From assembly GCA_000092065.1 (NCBI GenBank), contig CP000583.1: a DNA stretch of 64,000 nucleotides; one strand, given 5' to 3'. Position numbers and translations under genes: made by a program. Below the pieces are notes generated by a model. It saw nothing but the letters and a program-made list of their open reading frames with translations, had not been told where the DNA came from and did no database searches. Positions 40,728-51,190 of this stretch are shown here, piece after piece (positions within the stretch are counted from its first letter, which is position 1; every line of letters starts with the position of its first letter). Source of the stretch: Ostreococcus lucimarinus. Lineage: Eukaryota.

Positions 40728-42614
40728 ATGGACTCCAAGTGGTTCACGCGCGATGTCGCGGAGCTGAGGACCTGGCGAATCATCGGCGCGTGCGCGTGGT
40801 CCACGCTCGCTATTTTCGTCGCCGTACGTCGCGCTCGCGTCGATTTGATTTCGATTTCGCCAACGTCCGCATTTGATTCTCGACGAAGGCGACGACTGAC
40901 GGAGCGCCATCGCGACGCGCGCGCACAGGCATACGCATACTTCACGTGTGTACACATTCTTGGTGGTGACTTCCCGCACTGGTCGCGCGTGGCCGTGGCG
41001 TTGACGTACGCGGCGACGCAACTGCCAGCGAGCGCGGCGACGGCGATGTGCGCGAGAGCGAGCACGGCTGATTTCGTGCCGAACGGCGAAAGGGACGCGT
41101 GTGGAATCGTGCGAGGGGAGAGAATCGGTGAACGGTTCGCAACGGCGATGATGCGGGATGGGATGACGATCGGGGCGTTGGGCGGCGCGTTTGCATGCTC
41201 GGGGAGTTTGGCGTGCTCGCTCGCAGCGAGGACGACGCCGACGCGGGGCTTGGTGGGGATGATGACGGTGAACGCGTCCGACGCTACGTTCGCAGCGCAA
41301 TTTGGCTGTGTGTTGGGGGTGATGACAGTGGTGAACTTTTGGTTCAACGATGGTTTGGTGGTGAAGTTTTCATCGGTGCAGCGACCGCGCGGGTTGCGGT
41401 TGAAACGCGCATTTGCGCCGTGCGCTCTAAGTGGATTGAAGCGTTCCCTTTATGCGTGCGTGGTGCATATTTTGGTGGTAATTGCGAGTCGATTCCTCGT
41501 CCAGCTCAGCGCGAAATCGTCTCGAGGTTTGTTCTTGGGGTCGATGTCGTGTTGGGGCGCTGGGGCGCTCGCGAGCGCTTCGTGGGCGCTCGCAATTTTC
41601 TGCGCCGAGATCGTGCACACCGAGCGCTATGAGTTCAGACCGCAAAGTTTGACGCAAGGTCCGAAAGTTGCGAGCGAACCTCTGATGGCGGCTTTGCATT
41701 ATTTCGAAGTTCCGTTCGTGCAGCACTTGGCGTTTGCAGACTTGTGCAACGTCGCCGAGAGCGGTGGACGCGGACGGCGCCAGCTCATCTACGGCGATAC
41801 CCCCGATGCGGCGTGGTCTGTGGTGATATCGATCGCTCTCGCGCCGTTGGCATCGATTTCGCGTTCGGTGAACAAGGCGATGGACCGCACTATGTTGGCG
41901 GCGTTGCGAGACACGGATGCGGATGCGGCGCAAAGGATTAGTGAAAAGTACGCGCAAATGAATACGCCAAAGCCCAAATTTCGACACGAGAGCGCGCAGA
42001 CGCAACAAGCGTGGAATGCGTTGCGTCAAAGCGAGGTGCTCTCGACCGATGTTGCGGCGCGTGAGTTGTGCACGGTGGTCAAGGCGTACGGGCAATTGGC
42101 GATTTGGGGCGCGCGCGCTTCGTCTTCGCTCGCCGTCGCCGCGAAAAAGGAAGATGTTCGCGGAAACGCGCGTTCGATCAATCCGTCGCTCAGTGCGATT
42201 GTGCGAACGTTACTTACGGCACAATTAGCATGTCGGACGATCATCGAGCAAGGTTCTCCTCCCGTGCGCGCCTCCAGTGGGTTCACCTCTAGCGATTTGG
42301 CGTCGACGTCAAAGGCGAATTCCATCGTCGCGAAGCGAAACGAGATCATCAACAACGTCTTGTACGTTTTAGGAATCACCGCCACCAATAGAAATGATGC
42401 AAACGGTGCTGTGACGCCGGCTTTCACGCCCGCAGTGGAGACTGCGAAGAGAATATCGGACACCGTGGAGATCGCTTTGGGCGCGCTCGTCGTCGAGTAC
42501 GGCGACGACGTCAAAGTCATGCTTCGCGAATCCGAACAATTCGGGCCGCCAGAGTTCGGCACACCGAACGAGCTGTTTGATGCCTTAGAAACAATCGCCA
42601 CCGACTTGGCGTGA
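40728..42614 (+). CDS. Multi-pass membrane protein (about six TM in the first 310 aa) with a roughly 300-aa soluble C-terminal domain; function unassigned, with a speculative NDC1-nucleoporin-like topology.
   Basis: ATG verified at 40728. The hydrophobic segments are WRIIGACAWSTLAIFVAV, VAVALTYAATQLPASAATAM, MTIGALGGAFACSGSLACSLAA, FAAQFGCVLGVMTVVNFWF, LYACVVHILVVIASRFLV and GLFLGSMSCWGAGALASASWALAIFCAEIV. Confidence 0.5.
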   Translation: MDSKWFTRDVAELRTWRIIGACAWSTLAIFVAVRRARVDLISISPTSAFDSRRRRRLTERHRDARAQAYAYFTCVHILGGDFPHWSRVAVALTYAATQLPASAATAMCARASTADFVPNGERDACGIVRGERIGERFATAMMRDGMTIGALGGAFACSGSLACSLAARTTPTRGLVGMMTVNASDATFAAQFGCVLGVMTVVNFWFNDGLVVKFSSVQRPRGLRLKRAFAPCALSGLKRSLYACVVHILVVIASRFLVQLSAKSSRGLFLGSMSCWGAGALASASWALAIFCAEIVHTERYEFRPQSLTQGPKVASEPLMAALHYFEVPFVQHLAFADLCNVAESGGRGRRQLIYGDTPDAAWSVVISIALAPLASISRSVNKAMDRTMLAALRDTDADAAQRISEKYAQMNTPKPKFRHESAQTQQAWNALRQSEVLSTDVAARELCTVVKAYGQLAIWGARASSSLAVAAKKEDVRGNARSINPSLSAIVRTLLTAQLACRTIIEQGSPPVRASSGFTSSDLASTSKANSIVAKRNEIINNVLYVLGITATNRNDANGAVTPAFTPAVETAKRISDTVEIALGALVVEYGDDVKVMLRESEQFGPPEFGTPNELFDALETIATDLA

Positions 42615-42784
42615 CGGATGACGTCGTCGATAGAAGTTAAATTTGTAACAGCGAGCGCGTCGAGAGCTCTACCTACGACCCACACCGCACCTCGCGACGC
42701 GACGCTCTCGGCGCCGCCGAGCGCTCGCTTTCGAGCGTCGACGGTTTTAACTGCGCACGTCGCGACCACGTTTCGTTCCGCGCG

Positions 42785-44041
42785 ATGTTTCGCGCGTCTG
42801 TGGCGCTCGGCGCGCGTCGTCTCTCGAATGGGTACCTTTTCGCGTGCCCGCGCGCCGCCGGCGCGCGCGCGCGACGACGATACCGCCCGAGCGGCGCGAC
42901 GTGTCGACTCGACGTAGAATGTCGTCCGTCGTCGTACGACGAAGAATTGCGAGAGAAGACGGCGCACGCGCGCGCGCACTTTGACGGCGTGGCGACGCTG
43001 CCGAGCCGCACGGAGACGTTCGAGAGCGCGCGAGAGGAGTTTCGCATGCGCGCCGAATTCAAGGTGTGGCACGACGGCGATAGGAGTTACTTCGCCATGT
43101 GTGATTCCGATCGACCGAAGGACCCGGTGGAGGTGGTGGACTTTCCGATGGCGAGCGCGCGCATTCGCGAACTCATGCCAGAGTTGCTGCGCGAGGTGAC
43201 GGCGACGGAGACGCTGCGAAGAAAGCTGTTTCAAGCGAATTTCCTCACCACGACGACCGGAGATGCGGTGGTGAGTTTGTTGTACCACAGACAGTTGGAT
43301 GAAGATTGGGAACGCGAGGCGGAGGCGATGCGGGCGCGGTTGGGGATCGACGTCATCGGTCGCGCGAGGAAGCAAAAACTTGTCCTCGCCAAGGATTTCG
43401 TGACCGAGAAGGTGTTGATCGATGGGAAGGAATTTAGTTACAAGCAGTTGGAGGGGTCGTTCACGCAACCGAACGCTGGAATTGCGGCGCAAATGCTCGC
43501 GTGGGCTCGCTCGGCGGCGGTGAGCGATTCACCAGACGTCGTCGCGGCGGCGACGCCGCGAGACGCGAATCGAGATTTTCTCGAGCTCTATTGCGGCAAC
43601 GGACATTTCACGATCGCGCTCGCGCCCTTGTTTCGCAAATGTTTGGCGACTGAAATATCGAAATCGTCCGTCGCCGCCGCGCACGTGAACATGGCCGCGA
43701 ACGGAATCGACAACGTCGTCACCGCGAGACTATCGGCGGAGGAGCTGTGCGACGCCCTCGACGGCGGACGCGAGTACACGCGCCTGAAGGATATAGATCT
43801 CACGACGTACGATTTGAGCACCGTGCTCGTCGATCCGCCGCGCGCCGGCATGGGCGACGAAGTGAGCAAATTCTGCGCGCGCTTCGACAGGATCATTTAC
43901 ATCTCGTGCAATCCGGAAACTTTGGCGCGAGACTGTAAAATTCTCGGCGAGACGCACGAAATCAAACGATTCGCCGTCTTCGACCAGTTCCCTTACACCC
44001 CGCACTTAGAGTCGGGCGCGCTCTTGGTGAAGCGCGCGTGA
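42785..44041 (+). CDS. tRNA (uracil-5-)-methyltransferase, TrmA/TRM2 family.
   Basis: LELYCGNGHFTIALA (SAM motif), TVLVDPPRAGM and IIYISCNPETLARD are TrmA signatures. Stop verified at 44039-44041. Confidence 0.8.
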   Translation: MFRASVALGARRLSNGYLFACPRAAGARARRRYRPSGATCRLDVECRPSSYDEELREKTAHARAHFDGVATLPSRTETFESAREEFRMRAEFKVWHDGDRSYFAMCDSDRPKDPVEVVDFPMASARIRELMPELLREVTATETLRRKLFQANFLTTTTGDAVVSLLYHRQLDEDWEREAEAMRARLGIDVIGRARKQKLVLAKDFVTEKVLIDGKEFSYKQLEGSFTQPNAGIAAQMLAWARSAAVSDSPDVVAAATPRDANRDFLELYCGNGHFTIALAPLFRKCLATEISKSSVAAAHVNMAANGIDNVVTARLSAEELCDALDGGREYTRLKDIDLTTYDLSTVLVDPPRAGMGDEVSKFCARFDRIIYISCNPETLARDCKILGETHEIKRFAVFDQFPYTPHLESGALLVKRA

Positions 44042-44095
44042 TGCGCGGCGAAACGTCCCGGCGGTGATCTCATTGTACAAATAAATATTCTACAA

Positions 44096-44680
44096 CTAGT
44101 GATGATACGGTTCGCCGCGTAAAATCGTGTGCGCTCGATACAACGCCTCCGTCACCACCAACCTCGCCACTTGATGATTCAGCACCATCTTCGACAACCG
44201 CAGGCTCTCGTTCGCTCGATCGATCACGTCTTTCCCGTGTCCGAACGGCCCACCCAAAACGAACACCCCTCGCTCGTAGCCCTCGTCCCCGATCCTCGCC
44301 ACCAATTCCGCCACCTCCTCGCTCGACGCGTCCCGCCCGCGCTCGTCCAGCAGCACGACGTAATCCCGCGCCGTGATCGCCCGCATCACCCGCTCGCCCT
44401 CGTGAACCTTCTGCAGCTCGGTATCCTTGACGTTCTTCGGGTTTTGTTTCACCGTCTTCTCCTCGAACGGCGCGTAGCGCGCGCACCGCCGCGCGTACTC
44501 GTCGACCGCGTCGTCGACTTTCGCGCCGCCGCCCTTGCCGACGACGACGACGACGAGCGGGACCGCGCGCGTGGACCGCGCGGTCGAGGACGCGGACGAC
44601 GCCGCGCGCGCGGACGCGGCGATGCGTCGACCGCGTCGCGCGCACGCGCCGGACGCGCGCAGGAGCGCCGTCGTCGCCAT
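44096..44680 (-). CDS. RlmH-type SPOUT rRNA (pseudouridine-N3) methyltransferase, organelle-type, with a presequence.
   Basis: YVVLLDERGRDASSEEVAELVARIGDEGYERGVFVLGGPFGHGKDVIDRANESLRLSKMVLNHQVARLVVTEALYRAHTILRGEPYHH is the RlmH C-terminal core. ATG chosen at MATTALLRA (about 44680). Confidence 0.7.
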   Translation of the reverse strand: MATTALLRASGACARRGRRIAASARAASSASSTARSTRAVPLVVVVVGKGGGAKVDDAVDEYARRCARYAPFEEKTVKQNPKNVKDTELQKVHEGERVMRAITARDYVVLLDERGRDASSEEVAELVARIGDEGYERGVFVLGGPFGHGKDVIDRANESLRLSKMVLNHQVARLVVTEALYRAHTILRGEPYHH

Positions 44681-44978
44681 GCGTCGCGCTCTGCGCGCGG
44701 CGTCGAGCGACACCGCGAGGTCGCCGCGCCGCGCGCGCGCCGACGCCGCCCCGGCGCGACCGGGCGTCCGAGCTCGTTTTTTTTCGTCGATCCGCGCGCG
44801 ACGCGACGCGACGCGATCGCGCCGTCGCGTCGACGCGCGTCGCGGTCGCGCGCGTCGTCTCGATCGTCGATTCGTTTCGCGTTCGCGATTCGAACGCCGT
44901 GCGATCGATCGCGACCGCGACCGCGACGCGCGACACACGACGACGACGACGACGGACCGACGCGCGACGACGACGGTG

Positions 44979-46046
44979 ATGCGAGCGAAACGAACGCCGT
45001 CGCCGACGGCGCGCGACGGCGCGGACGTCGCGCCGACGGGGAATAAAAAACCGAAAAAGGCGACGACGACGACGACGGTCGAGCGGAGCGACGCGGCGCG
45101 ACGGGACGCGCCGCGAGACGCGCGCGCGTTCACGGCGATCGCGTGGAACGTCGCGGGATTGCGCTCGTTTCACGAGAAATCGCTCGATCGGTTGCGAGGG
45201 GTGATCGCGGGAGAGGCGCCGGACGTGGTGATTTTGCAAGAGCACAAGCTGCAGGAGACGCACTGCGCGGCGTTTACGGAGCGGTTGAGGCGGGACTTTC
45301 CGATGTATAAGACGGTGCAGTTCGCGGTGAGCGTGGCGAAGAAGGGGTACAGTGGAGTGGTGGTGATGTGTAAGGCGGCGCGGAATGGGACGAGTGGGTC
45401 GACGCAGGGCACGTTGGACGCGATGTTCGGCGGCGGGGCGAAGGACGAGGAGGCGACGTACGACGGGCCAAAGTTGTTGGAGATTCGCGAAGGGTTGGGC
45501 GCGCGAGGATACACGGACGAGGGACGGACGATGACGCTGGAGTTTGAGGGGTTTTACCTCGTCACCGCGTACGTGCCGAACAGTGGACAAGATCTGAAGC
45601 GTTTGGATTATCGAATCGGCGAGTGGGAGCGCGACATGCGCGCGCATCTCAAAGAACTCGACGCGAAGAAACCGGTGGTGTACATGGGCGATTTGAACGT
45701 CGCGCATCTGGATTCTGATATTTGGAACGTCGGTGCGTCGCATATTAAGAAGAGCGCGGGGACGACGCCTCAAGAGCGCGAGGCTTTCGGGGTCATGCTC
45801 GAGGAGAACGACTTGCGCGACGCGTTTCGACATTTCCACGGCGACGCCGTCGGTTGGTTTTCTTATTGGAGCGTTCGCGCGGGGAATCGCCCGTTCAACA
45901 AAGGTCTTCGACTCGATTACACCTTGGCGTCGAAAAGAGTCTTCGACGGCGGCGCTGATGGCGTCGAAGTTGTGGACGCGTTCATTCTCGACAAGGTCCT
46001 TGGGTCTGACCACGCGCCAGTCGGCGTGACGCTCGCGCTCCGATGA
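44979..46046 (+). CDS. AP endonuclease (exonuclease III/APE1 family) with a basic NLS-like N-terminus.
   Basis: IAWNVAGLRSF, VVILQEHKL, GYSGVVVM, YVPNSG, DLNVAHLDSDIWN, LDYTLAS and LGSDHAPV are the ExoIII family motifs. Start chosen at MRAKRTPSP (44979) to avoid head-on overlap with RlmH. Confidence 0.8.
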   Translation: MRAKRTPSPTARDGADVAPTGNKKPKKATTTTTVERSDAARRDAPRDARAFTAIAWNVAGLRSFHEKSLDRLRGVIAGEAPDVVILQEHKLQETHCAAFTERLRRDFPMYKTVQFAVSVAKKGYSGVVVMCKAARNGTSGSTQGTLDAMFGGGAKDEEATYDGPKLLEIREGLGARGYTDEGRTMTLEFEGFYLVTAYVPNSGQDLKRLDYRIGEWERDMRAHLKELDAKKPVVYMGDLNVAHLDSDIWNVGASHIKKSAGTTPQEREAFGVMLEENDLRDAFRHFHGDAVGWFSYWSVRAGNRPFNKGLRLDYTLASKRVFDGGADGVEVVDAFILDKVLGSDHAPVGVTLALR

Positions 46047-46106
46047 TTTCTCGCCGCGAGAAAAAATTGGGGGTTAGGCCGCTGCAATTAAAATACAAAT
46101 TTTATG

Positions 46107-48059
46107 CTATGGGTCGCCGACGATCTTTTGCCGTTTCGCCGGCGTCGTCGACGTCGAACGTTTTTGCCGCGTTTTCTGCCATCGCAGCCGTTGTCGTTGG
46201 TAAGTCAAGTTCTCGATGACTTCGCTCGACAGTCCGTAATCGTCGTCTTCCGCGTCTTCCGCGACGTGTCGCGGCGCCGTTTCTAATCTCTTTTCTTTTT
46301 TCCTCCTGATCCTTGTTTCAGCGGCACGCTTGGCCGGGTCCAACATGCGTCCGTACAAATCTCTTCGGCCCTTCGCGGTATCTCTGATTTGCGCGCTGAA
46401 CGCTTTGTATTCCTTACTCGCGGACTCTTTACTTTCAATGTAATCGAGGCGTGCCTCGACTTGACGATAACGAGCCTCGGTGGGCTTTCCCGGATAGAGC
46501 ACAACCATGATAATGTAATGCACGCGCAACCATACGATTTCTTCTTTTGAAGGACGTCTAATTTCTCCAACCTTCAACGGTGCTTTTTCATCCTTCTTTT
46601 TGAAAAGGGTATCCGGCCACCATTGTCGTTCGTCGTCGAAAACGTGCTGAATCGTCGCCTCATCAACCGGGTTGCATGCAAACATCTCAGCCGCCTTGTC
46701 CACTTCCAAATCGTCGTCTTCTATACCCGTGAGTTCGCTGCGAATATCGCTGATGTCAGTATGCGTGATACCCAAGCCTTTGATACCAGTCAACATCGTC
46801 GCCAGCATGACCCAGGCGCGTTTATTCGTTGGTTGTACCTCGACGCACGTCGCGATCGACTCGAGCATAATTCGTCTCATCTGCTCAACGTTTGCTTTTT
46901 CTTTTTCTCCAGCTAGTAGCTTCCACAGCATCATCAACGATGTGTTCGACGTCGGATCGATTCGCAGCACAGCCTTGCACGCGTTGGTTACTTCTAGTCG
47001 AAAGGCGTCCGAGTCCAAAGTTGAGCCTTTCGGATGTCGCGTCTGCATGGCGTTCATCAAGAGTTCCGCGTACGCTGCGTTTACGTCCGCATCGTTGGGG
47101 TTCTTCATCAAGCACTTTGTCAGTACTTCTCTCGTTCTCAGAAAGCTGCCTTGAAAAGCTTCAACCTGCGCCAACGCCACCGCGCACGCGGCATCGCCTT
47201 CATCTAAACGAATCGCCTCTTGCAACGCCGCCTTGGCCTCACCGCCTAATTTCACCGCCTCGACGTCATCCACGGGTTTGTGATGTTTACTCCCCGGCCG
47301 CCACACGAGTGGTAGCACCCTATCTCCATCGTCCGATAACCCTGAAAACCTAATCGCGCGCATCCTTCGCACCCAACGTAAATGCCGCAGCAGCGCCGTC
47401 GTCTTCGCCAACGGGAATTTCGTATCGTCTCGCACGGGATTTTTCGGCGATTTTTTCCGTCGCTCTCGGAGCACGGCAATCGCGCCTTCGATATCATCAT
47501 CGTCAACTAAAAGTCTCGCCGCGCGTTCCATCGTATCCGCGTCGCTCCGCGCGCTTCCCACCGCGCTCAGCGTCTTGACGCGCTCCCGCACGCGCGCTTC
47601 GTCCATCCTCGTCGACGCCGCGACGCGATACTCGCTCGATCCCGCCATCGCTTCCTCGCTGATCAGCGTCTCCAGCGCGCAGTACAGCACCTCACGATCG
47701 ATCCAAGACCGCTTATCCGAAACGCCAGCCGCTCCTCGCGCTCGGTCTCGCGTCTCCGCCTCGCGCGCGCCGGCGCCGCTCAGCGTCCCCATCGTCGCCC
47801 TGAGCATAGTCACCGCGCACAGCGCCGCCCGCGCGCGGTCGCCTCTTCCGCACGCATCGCGAAGCAACGCAATGAGGCTTCGCGCGACGTTCGACGCGCT
47901 TCCGCACCGCGACACGAGCGTCGACGCGCATAACTCGGTGGATTCCTGACGAACCGCGCGCAGGCGCCGACGCAAATCGCTGCGAGCGTCGTCGAAGCTC
48001 GCGAACGCGCGCACGGCGACGGGAAACGTGCGCTCGTGTTCGTGGTGTCGAGCGAACAT
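46107..48059 (-). CDS. Hypothetical alpha-helical repeat (TPR-like) protein of 650 aa; family not recognised.
   Basis: ATG verified at 48059. Composition is normal in the helical middle (LTKCLMKNPNDADVNAAYAELLMNAMQ...RIDPTSNTSLMMLWKLL), with a C-terminal basic region. Confidence 0.5.
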   Translation of the reverse strand: MFARHHEHERTFPVAVRAFASFDDARSDLRRRLRAVRQESTELCASTLVSRCGSASNVARSLIALLRDACGRGDRARAALCAVTMLRATMGTLSGAGAREAETRDRARGAAGVSDKRSWIDREVLYCALETLISEEAMAGSSEYRVAASTRMDEARVRERVKTLSAVGSARSDADTMERAARLLVDDDDIEGAIAVLRERRKKSPKNPVRDDTKFPLAKTTALLRHLRWVRRMRAIRFSGLSDDGDRVLPLVWRPGSKHHKPVDDVEAVKLGGEAKAALQEAIRLDEGDAACAVALAQVEAFQGSFLRTREVLTKCLMKNPNDADVNAAYAELLMNAMQTRHPKGSTLDSDAFRLEVTNACKAVLRIDPTSNTSLMMLWKLLAGEKEKANVEQMRRIMLESIATCVEVQPTNKRAWVMLATMLTGIKGLGITHTDISDIRSELTGIEDDDLEVDKAAEMFACNPVDEATIQHVFDDERQWWPDTLFKKKDEKAPLKVGEIRRPSKEEIVWLRVHYIIMVVLYPGKPTEARYRQVEARLDYIESKESASKEYKAFSAQIRDTAKGRRDLYGRMLDPAKRAAETRIRRKKEKRLETAPRHVAEDAEDDDYGLSSEVIENLTYQRQRLRWQKTRQKRSTSTTPAKRQKIVGDP

Positions 48060-48168
48060 GGTCGAGAGGTCAGGGCGGTGGGCGAACGCGCATCGCGCGC
48101 GAGTGGCGGTTTGAGGCGACGCGCGCGCAGTCTAACAGTCTAAAATGAAATTACACGAAGAAGGGCGA

Positions 48169-49272
48169 TCAGTCGTCGCCGTCGCGAAATAAGTCGTCCA
48201 ATTCGCCCCCGCGCAGTTGGTTCATGTGTTTGTGAGCCTTGCGCGCTTGCTTCTTTTGAACTTTTTGTTGGTACTTGGTGACGTCGCGCTTTTTGGATTC
48301 GGCGCGCTGGGCGTTCGGGGAGACAAAGGTTTCGTCCTCGAATAATACCGCGCCGCCGAACGCGCCAGCGAAGATTTTGATCGGGTGCAAGCACAACCGA
48401 GGACCCGTCTCGGAGAGGGTCAAGCCTTGGGTTTTCACCTCCTTCCCCGCGGGATGGACGACTTGATAATTCCGAAACCACACGCGATTGTCCTCCCAGT
48501 AAAAGCACATTTGATGATCGTAGAACGGCTTAGATTTGAAGTGTCGGTACGGCGTCGCGAAGGTTTGAATCAACGCTTCCTTTATCAACCGTCTGTGCGC
48601 CGTCTCATCGAACGCCGGCGCGAAGTGCAACGACGGTCGACTAAACTTCAAGTGATTCCCCGTCATCTTCAGCTCCGCCATCGTGTGCACGTTTTCCACG
48701 TGAAATTTAATCGAAGGCCCGCTCGGCGTCTTCGCCAGCCACATGTAACAATCTTGTTTCTTCCTGCACTCAAAAAACATCGCGCTCGAGCATCCTCGCA
48801 GATCCGCCGCCTCCACGACGACGTTTCTCTCGTTCTTCGTGTCCAACTTCGCGTCCTTCTTCGCGTTCGGCACGAGCGTCAGCAGGTCCAGCATCAGGTG
48901 TCTGTACCTCGACGTCGCCCCTCGGCTCGTCAGCACGAGCGTCTTTTCGTTTTTATTCACCAGGCTCGCGTCGACGCTCTTCGCCTTTCCCTCCGGGACG
49001 TAGCCCGTGCCCGGGACGACGCTCGCGCGTCGTCGCTTCGCGTGCGCGTCGTTCACGGTTTCGTCCTCGCTGTCGCTCGCGACGTCGCCGAGCGCGCTCG
49101 CGGGGCGCGCGCGGAGCTCGGCGAGGGCGTCTTCGTCCGCGCGCGCGCGCTCTTGGCGCTTCTTCTTGTTCTTCATCGCGCGCGCGTCGTGCGAGCGACC
49201 GCGGGCGGCGGCGTGTGCGAACGAGGCGCGGCGGCGGCGGCGGCGGACCACCGGGACGGCGCTGGGGGACAT
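48169..49272 (-). CDS. BRX1: Brix-domain ribosome biogenesis protein (Brx1/BRIX1-like).
   Basis: KTLVLTSRGATSRYRHLMLDLLTLVPNAKKDAKLDTKN...HVENVHTMAELKMTGNHLKFSRPSLHFAPAFD...FYWEDNRVWFRNYQV is a Brix domain. ATG verified at 49272 (alternative at 49176). The track ORF extends 207 codons upstream. Confidence 0.8.
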   Translation of the reverse strand: MSPSAVPVVRRRRRRASFAHAAARGRSHDARAMKNKKKRQERARADEDALAELRARPASALGDVASDSEDETVNDAHAKRRRASVVPGTGYVPEGKAKSVDASLVNKNEKTLVLTSRGATSRYRHLMLDLLTLVPNAKKDAKLDTKNERNVVVEAADLRGCSSAMFFECRKKQDCYMWLAKTPSGPSIKFHVENVHTMAELKMTGNHLKFSRPSLHFAPAFDETAHRRLIKEALIQTFATPYRHFKSKPFYDHQMCFYWEDNRVWFRNYQVVHPAGKEVKTQGLTLSETGPRLCLHPIKIFAGAFGGAVLFEDETFVSPNAQRAESKKRDVTKYQQKVQKKQARKAHKHMNQLRGGELDDLFRDGDD

Positions 49273-49307
49273 TTCGCGAGCGGGACGGAGGCGAGGGAGA
49301 TTTTGGA

Positions 49308-50882
49308 TTACAGCTCCGCGGACGGCGATGCGAGGTCGAAAGGGGGAGAAGACGGCCGCGTTGACGCGTTGGAATCGCGCGCGGCGTCGTCGACGGTGGC
49401 GTGGGATCGATCGGCGTCGGCGGGGAGGAGGGAGAAGTCGGCGGCGCGCGAACGCCGAGACGCCGACGAAAGGAGCGGCGGCGCGGAGACGCACGGGATG
49501 ATGATCTTGCACGCGGCGACGAGCACGAGGAAGGCGGTGAGAGGTGACCACGAACGATCGGTTGGAATGACGGCGCCGGTGGTGTCCGTGCGCGTGGGCG
49601 CACCGATGTGTAGGGCGCGGACGACGCCGGCGGAGACGTAGGCGGAGACGAGCGCGCCGACGTCGCTGGCGAAAATCAGCGCCGCGAAACCGACGGCTTC
49701 GAGGTTTTGCGGAGCCATGATCGCGCCTAATGTGACGATTGGCATGTAACCCACGCGCAAGCCAAAAATTGCGAGCGCGTTGACGATAGATAACGCCGCC
49801 ACGGCGCCGGTTGCGGGCGGCCGCCACACGATGAAGAGTCGACAGAGACCCAGCGCCGCGTCTACGACGGCGCCGAAGACGAACATCATCCACGTGGGCG
49901 ACGAGACGAGAAGCGCACGAATCTTCGTCAACGTTCCGGCGTCGTTTTCACCCACAGAACTACCAGACGCGCTTGCGTCTCCGAACGCCCAACCGAACGC
50001 CGCCGGCGCGGCGAGCGCGCCGAGCGACGTAAAGAACGCCACCAAACCAAACTCATAATCCTTCATCCTATCGCTGAACACGGCGTACGTATACGACGCG
50101 AATGTATCCAACGCCGTCGGTGCGATGCGGTATAAAAACACCAACGCGGCGCACCGTAAAAAATCAACCTCGGCGAGCGGCGCGTACGCCTCCTTCGCTC
50201 GCGCCGTCCACGACGCGCACGACCGCGACTCCATTTCACGCTCATCTTCTCTTCCCGAATCGACATCTCGCGATATATCACTCTCATCCACGCTCACTAA
50301 CGCCACAGCGATCGCGACGAGCATCCAAATCCCGCTCGCCGCCGCCGCCGTCCGCGCGCTCGCCGCCGCCAGTCCTCCCGCGCTCGCTAAATCCCCCACC
50401 ACGCTCCCCGCCGTCCTCGCCGCCATCGCGCACGCCTGCGCCATCACCACCTCATCCCTCGACCTTCCCGCTTCCCCGCCGAACCTCTCGACGACGTATC
50501 CATCCAACGACGCGTACGCGTGCGCCGCGCCCGCGCTCGCCAGCGTCCCGAACCCGTACGTCTGCGCCGTCGTCCGCGCCGCGCTCGACCCGAGCGCGCC
50601 CGCCAGCGCGACCGCGCATCCGAGCGCGACGTGCGCCGCTCGCGTGCCCCCCCTCGCGCGCGATCGGTCGCTCACCGACGCGTACAGCGGCTTTAACGTC
50701 GCCACCGCGAACACAAAGGCGTAAAAGCGATTCGCGCCCTCGGGCGTTTCGTCCCACGCGAGCGCGCGATTCCGCACCAGCGCGAGCGGCGTCGTCGACG
50801 ACTCCACGGCGAGGGTCAGGAAAAAGTAGCACGCCAGCGCCGGGGCGTGACGCGCGAGCTCGGCGCGCGTCGGGCGCGTCAT
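49308..50882 (-). CDS. Polytopic membrane transporter (MFS-like, possibly folate-biopterin-transporter-like); the family is uncertain.
   Basis: About 12 hydrophobic segments. Candidate starts are ATG 50978, 50894 and 50882; the two lower ones avoid overlapping the UBL exon on the other strand. The track start at 50993 is GTG. Confidence 0.5.
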   Translation of the reverse strand: MTRPTRAELARHAPALACYFFLTLAVESSTTPLALVRNRALAWDETPEGANRFYAFVFAVATLKPLYASVSDRSRARGGTRAAHVALGCAVALAGALGSSAARTTAQTYGFGTLASAGAAHAYASLDGYVVERFGGEAGRSRDEVVMAQACAMAARTAGSVVGDLASAGGLAAASARTAAAASGIWMLVAIAVALVSVDESDISRDVDSGREDEREMESRSCASWTARAKEAYAPLAEVDFLRCAALVFLYRIAPTALDTFASYTYAVFSDRMKDYEFGLVAFFTSLGALAAPAAFGWAFGDASASGSSVGENDAGTLTKIRALLVSSPTWMMFVFGAVVDAALGLCRLFIVWRPPATGAVAALSIVNALAIFGLRVGYMPIVTLGAIMAPQNLEAVGFAALIFASDVGALVSAYVSAGVVRALHIGAPTRTDTTGAVIPTDRSWSPLTAFLVLVAACKIIIPCVSAPPLLSSASRRSRAADFSLLPADADRSHATVDDAARDSNASTRPSSPPFDLASPSAEL

Positions 50883-50906
50883 ACTCTGACGCATCGGCGC
50901 CGCGTC

Positions 50907-51014
50907 ATGGCGACGGCGTCCATCGACGCCCTCGGGCCGAGCGAGCGCGACAGCGTGCGCGTGAAGATACGCGTGCATCCGAGCGGCGAACACTTCGTGC
51001 GCGTGCCGAAGACG
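50907..51014 (+). CDS. Ubiquitin-like/ZZ-finger protein, exon 1 (first half of the ubiquitin-like domain).
   Basis: MATASIDALGPSERDSVRVKIRVHPSGEHFVRVPKT supplies ubiquitin-fold strands beta1-beta2. The exon ends at ACG|GTGCGC. ATG verified at 50907. Confidence 0.5.
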
Positions 51015-51190
51015 GTGCGCGAGACGACGCGAACGCGACGACGCGAAGCGAAGCGAGGGGACATCTTAAAATAACCGACGCGAGCGCGCGGCGGCGCGGT
51101 GACGATCGCGGCGGCGAGGCGGAGGCGCGAAAACGGCGCGCGGCGAGGCGTTCTCGAGGACTGACCGAGCGACGACGGCGACGATCGCAG

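Noticed and set aside
42026-43492. A 488-aa ORF on the minus strand antisense to the 6-TM gene and TrmA. Similar long antisense ORFs occur at 733..1701(-), 8757..9797(+), 19459..20631(-), 28609..29739(-), 44129..45046(+), 48385..49641(+) and 60727..61566(-).
   Set aside because: All are Arg/Ala/Gly/Pro-rich low-complexity translations of the opposite strand of real genes. Long stop-free antisense frames are expected at this GC content, and none has a recognisable domain.
44535-44979. An N-terminal 148 codons of the APE ORF that could be a mitochondrial presequence, with a start at 44622 or 44679.
   Set aside because: Those starts would overlap head-on with the RlmH coding start (about 44680) on the other strand. 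The conserved ExoIII core plus a basic NLS-like segment begins after ATG 44979, so the shorter model is preferred. This is uncertain.
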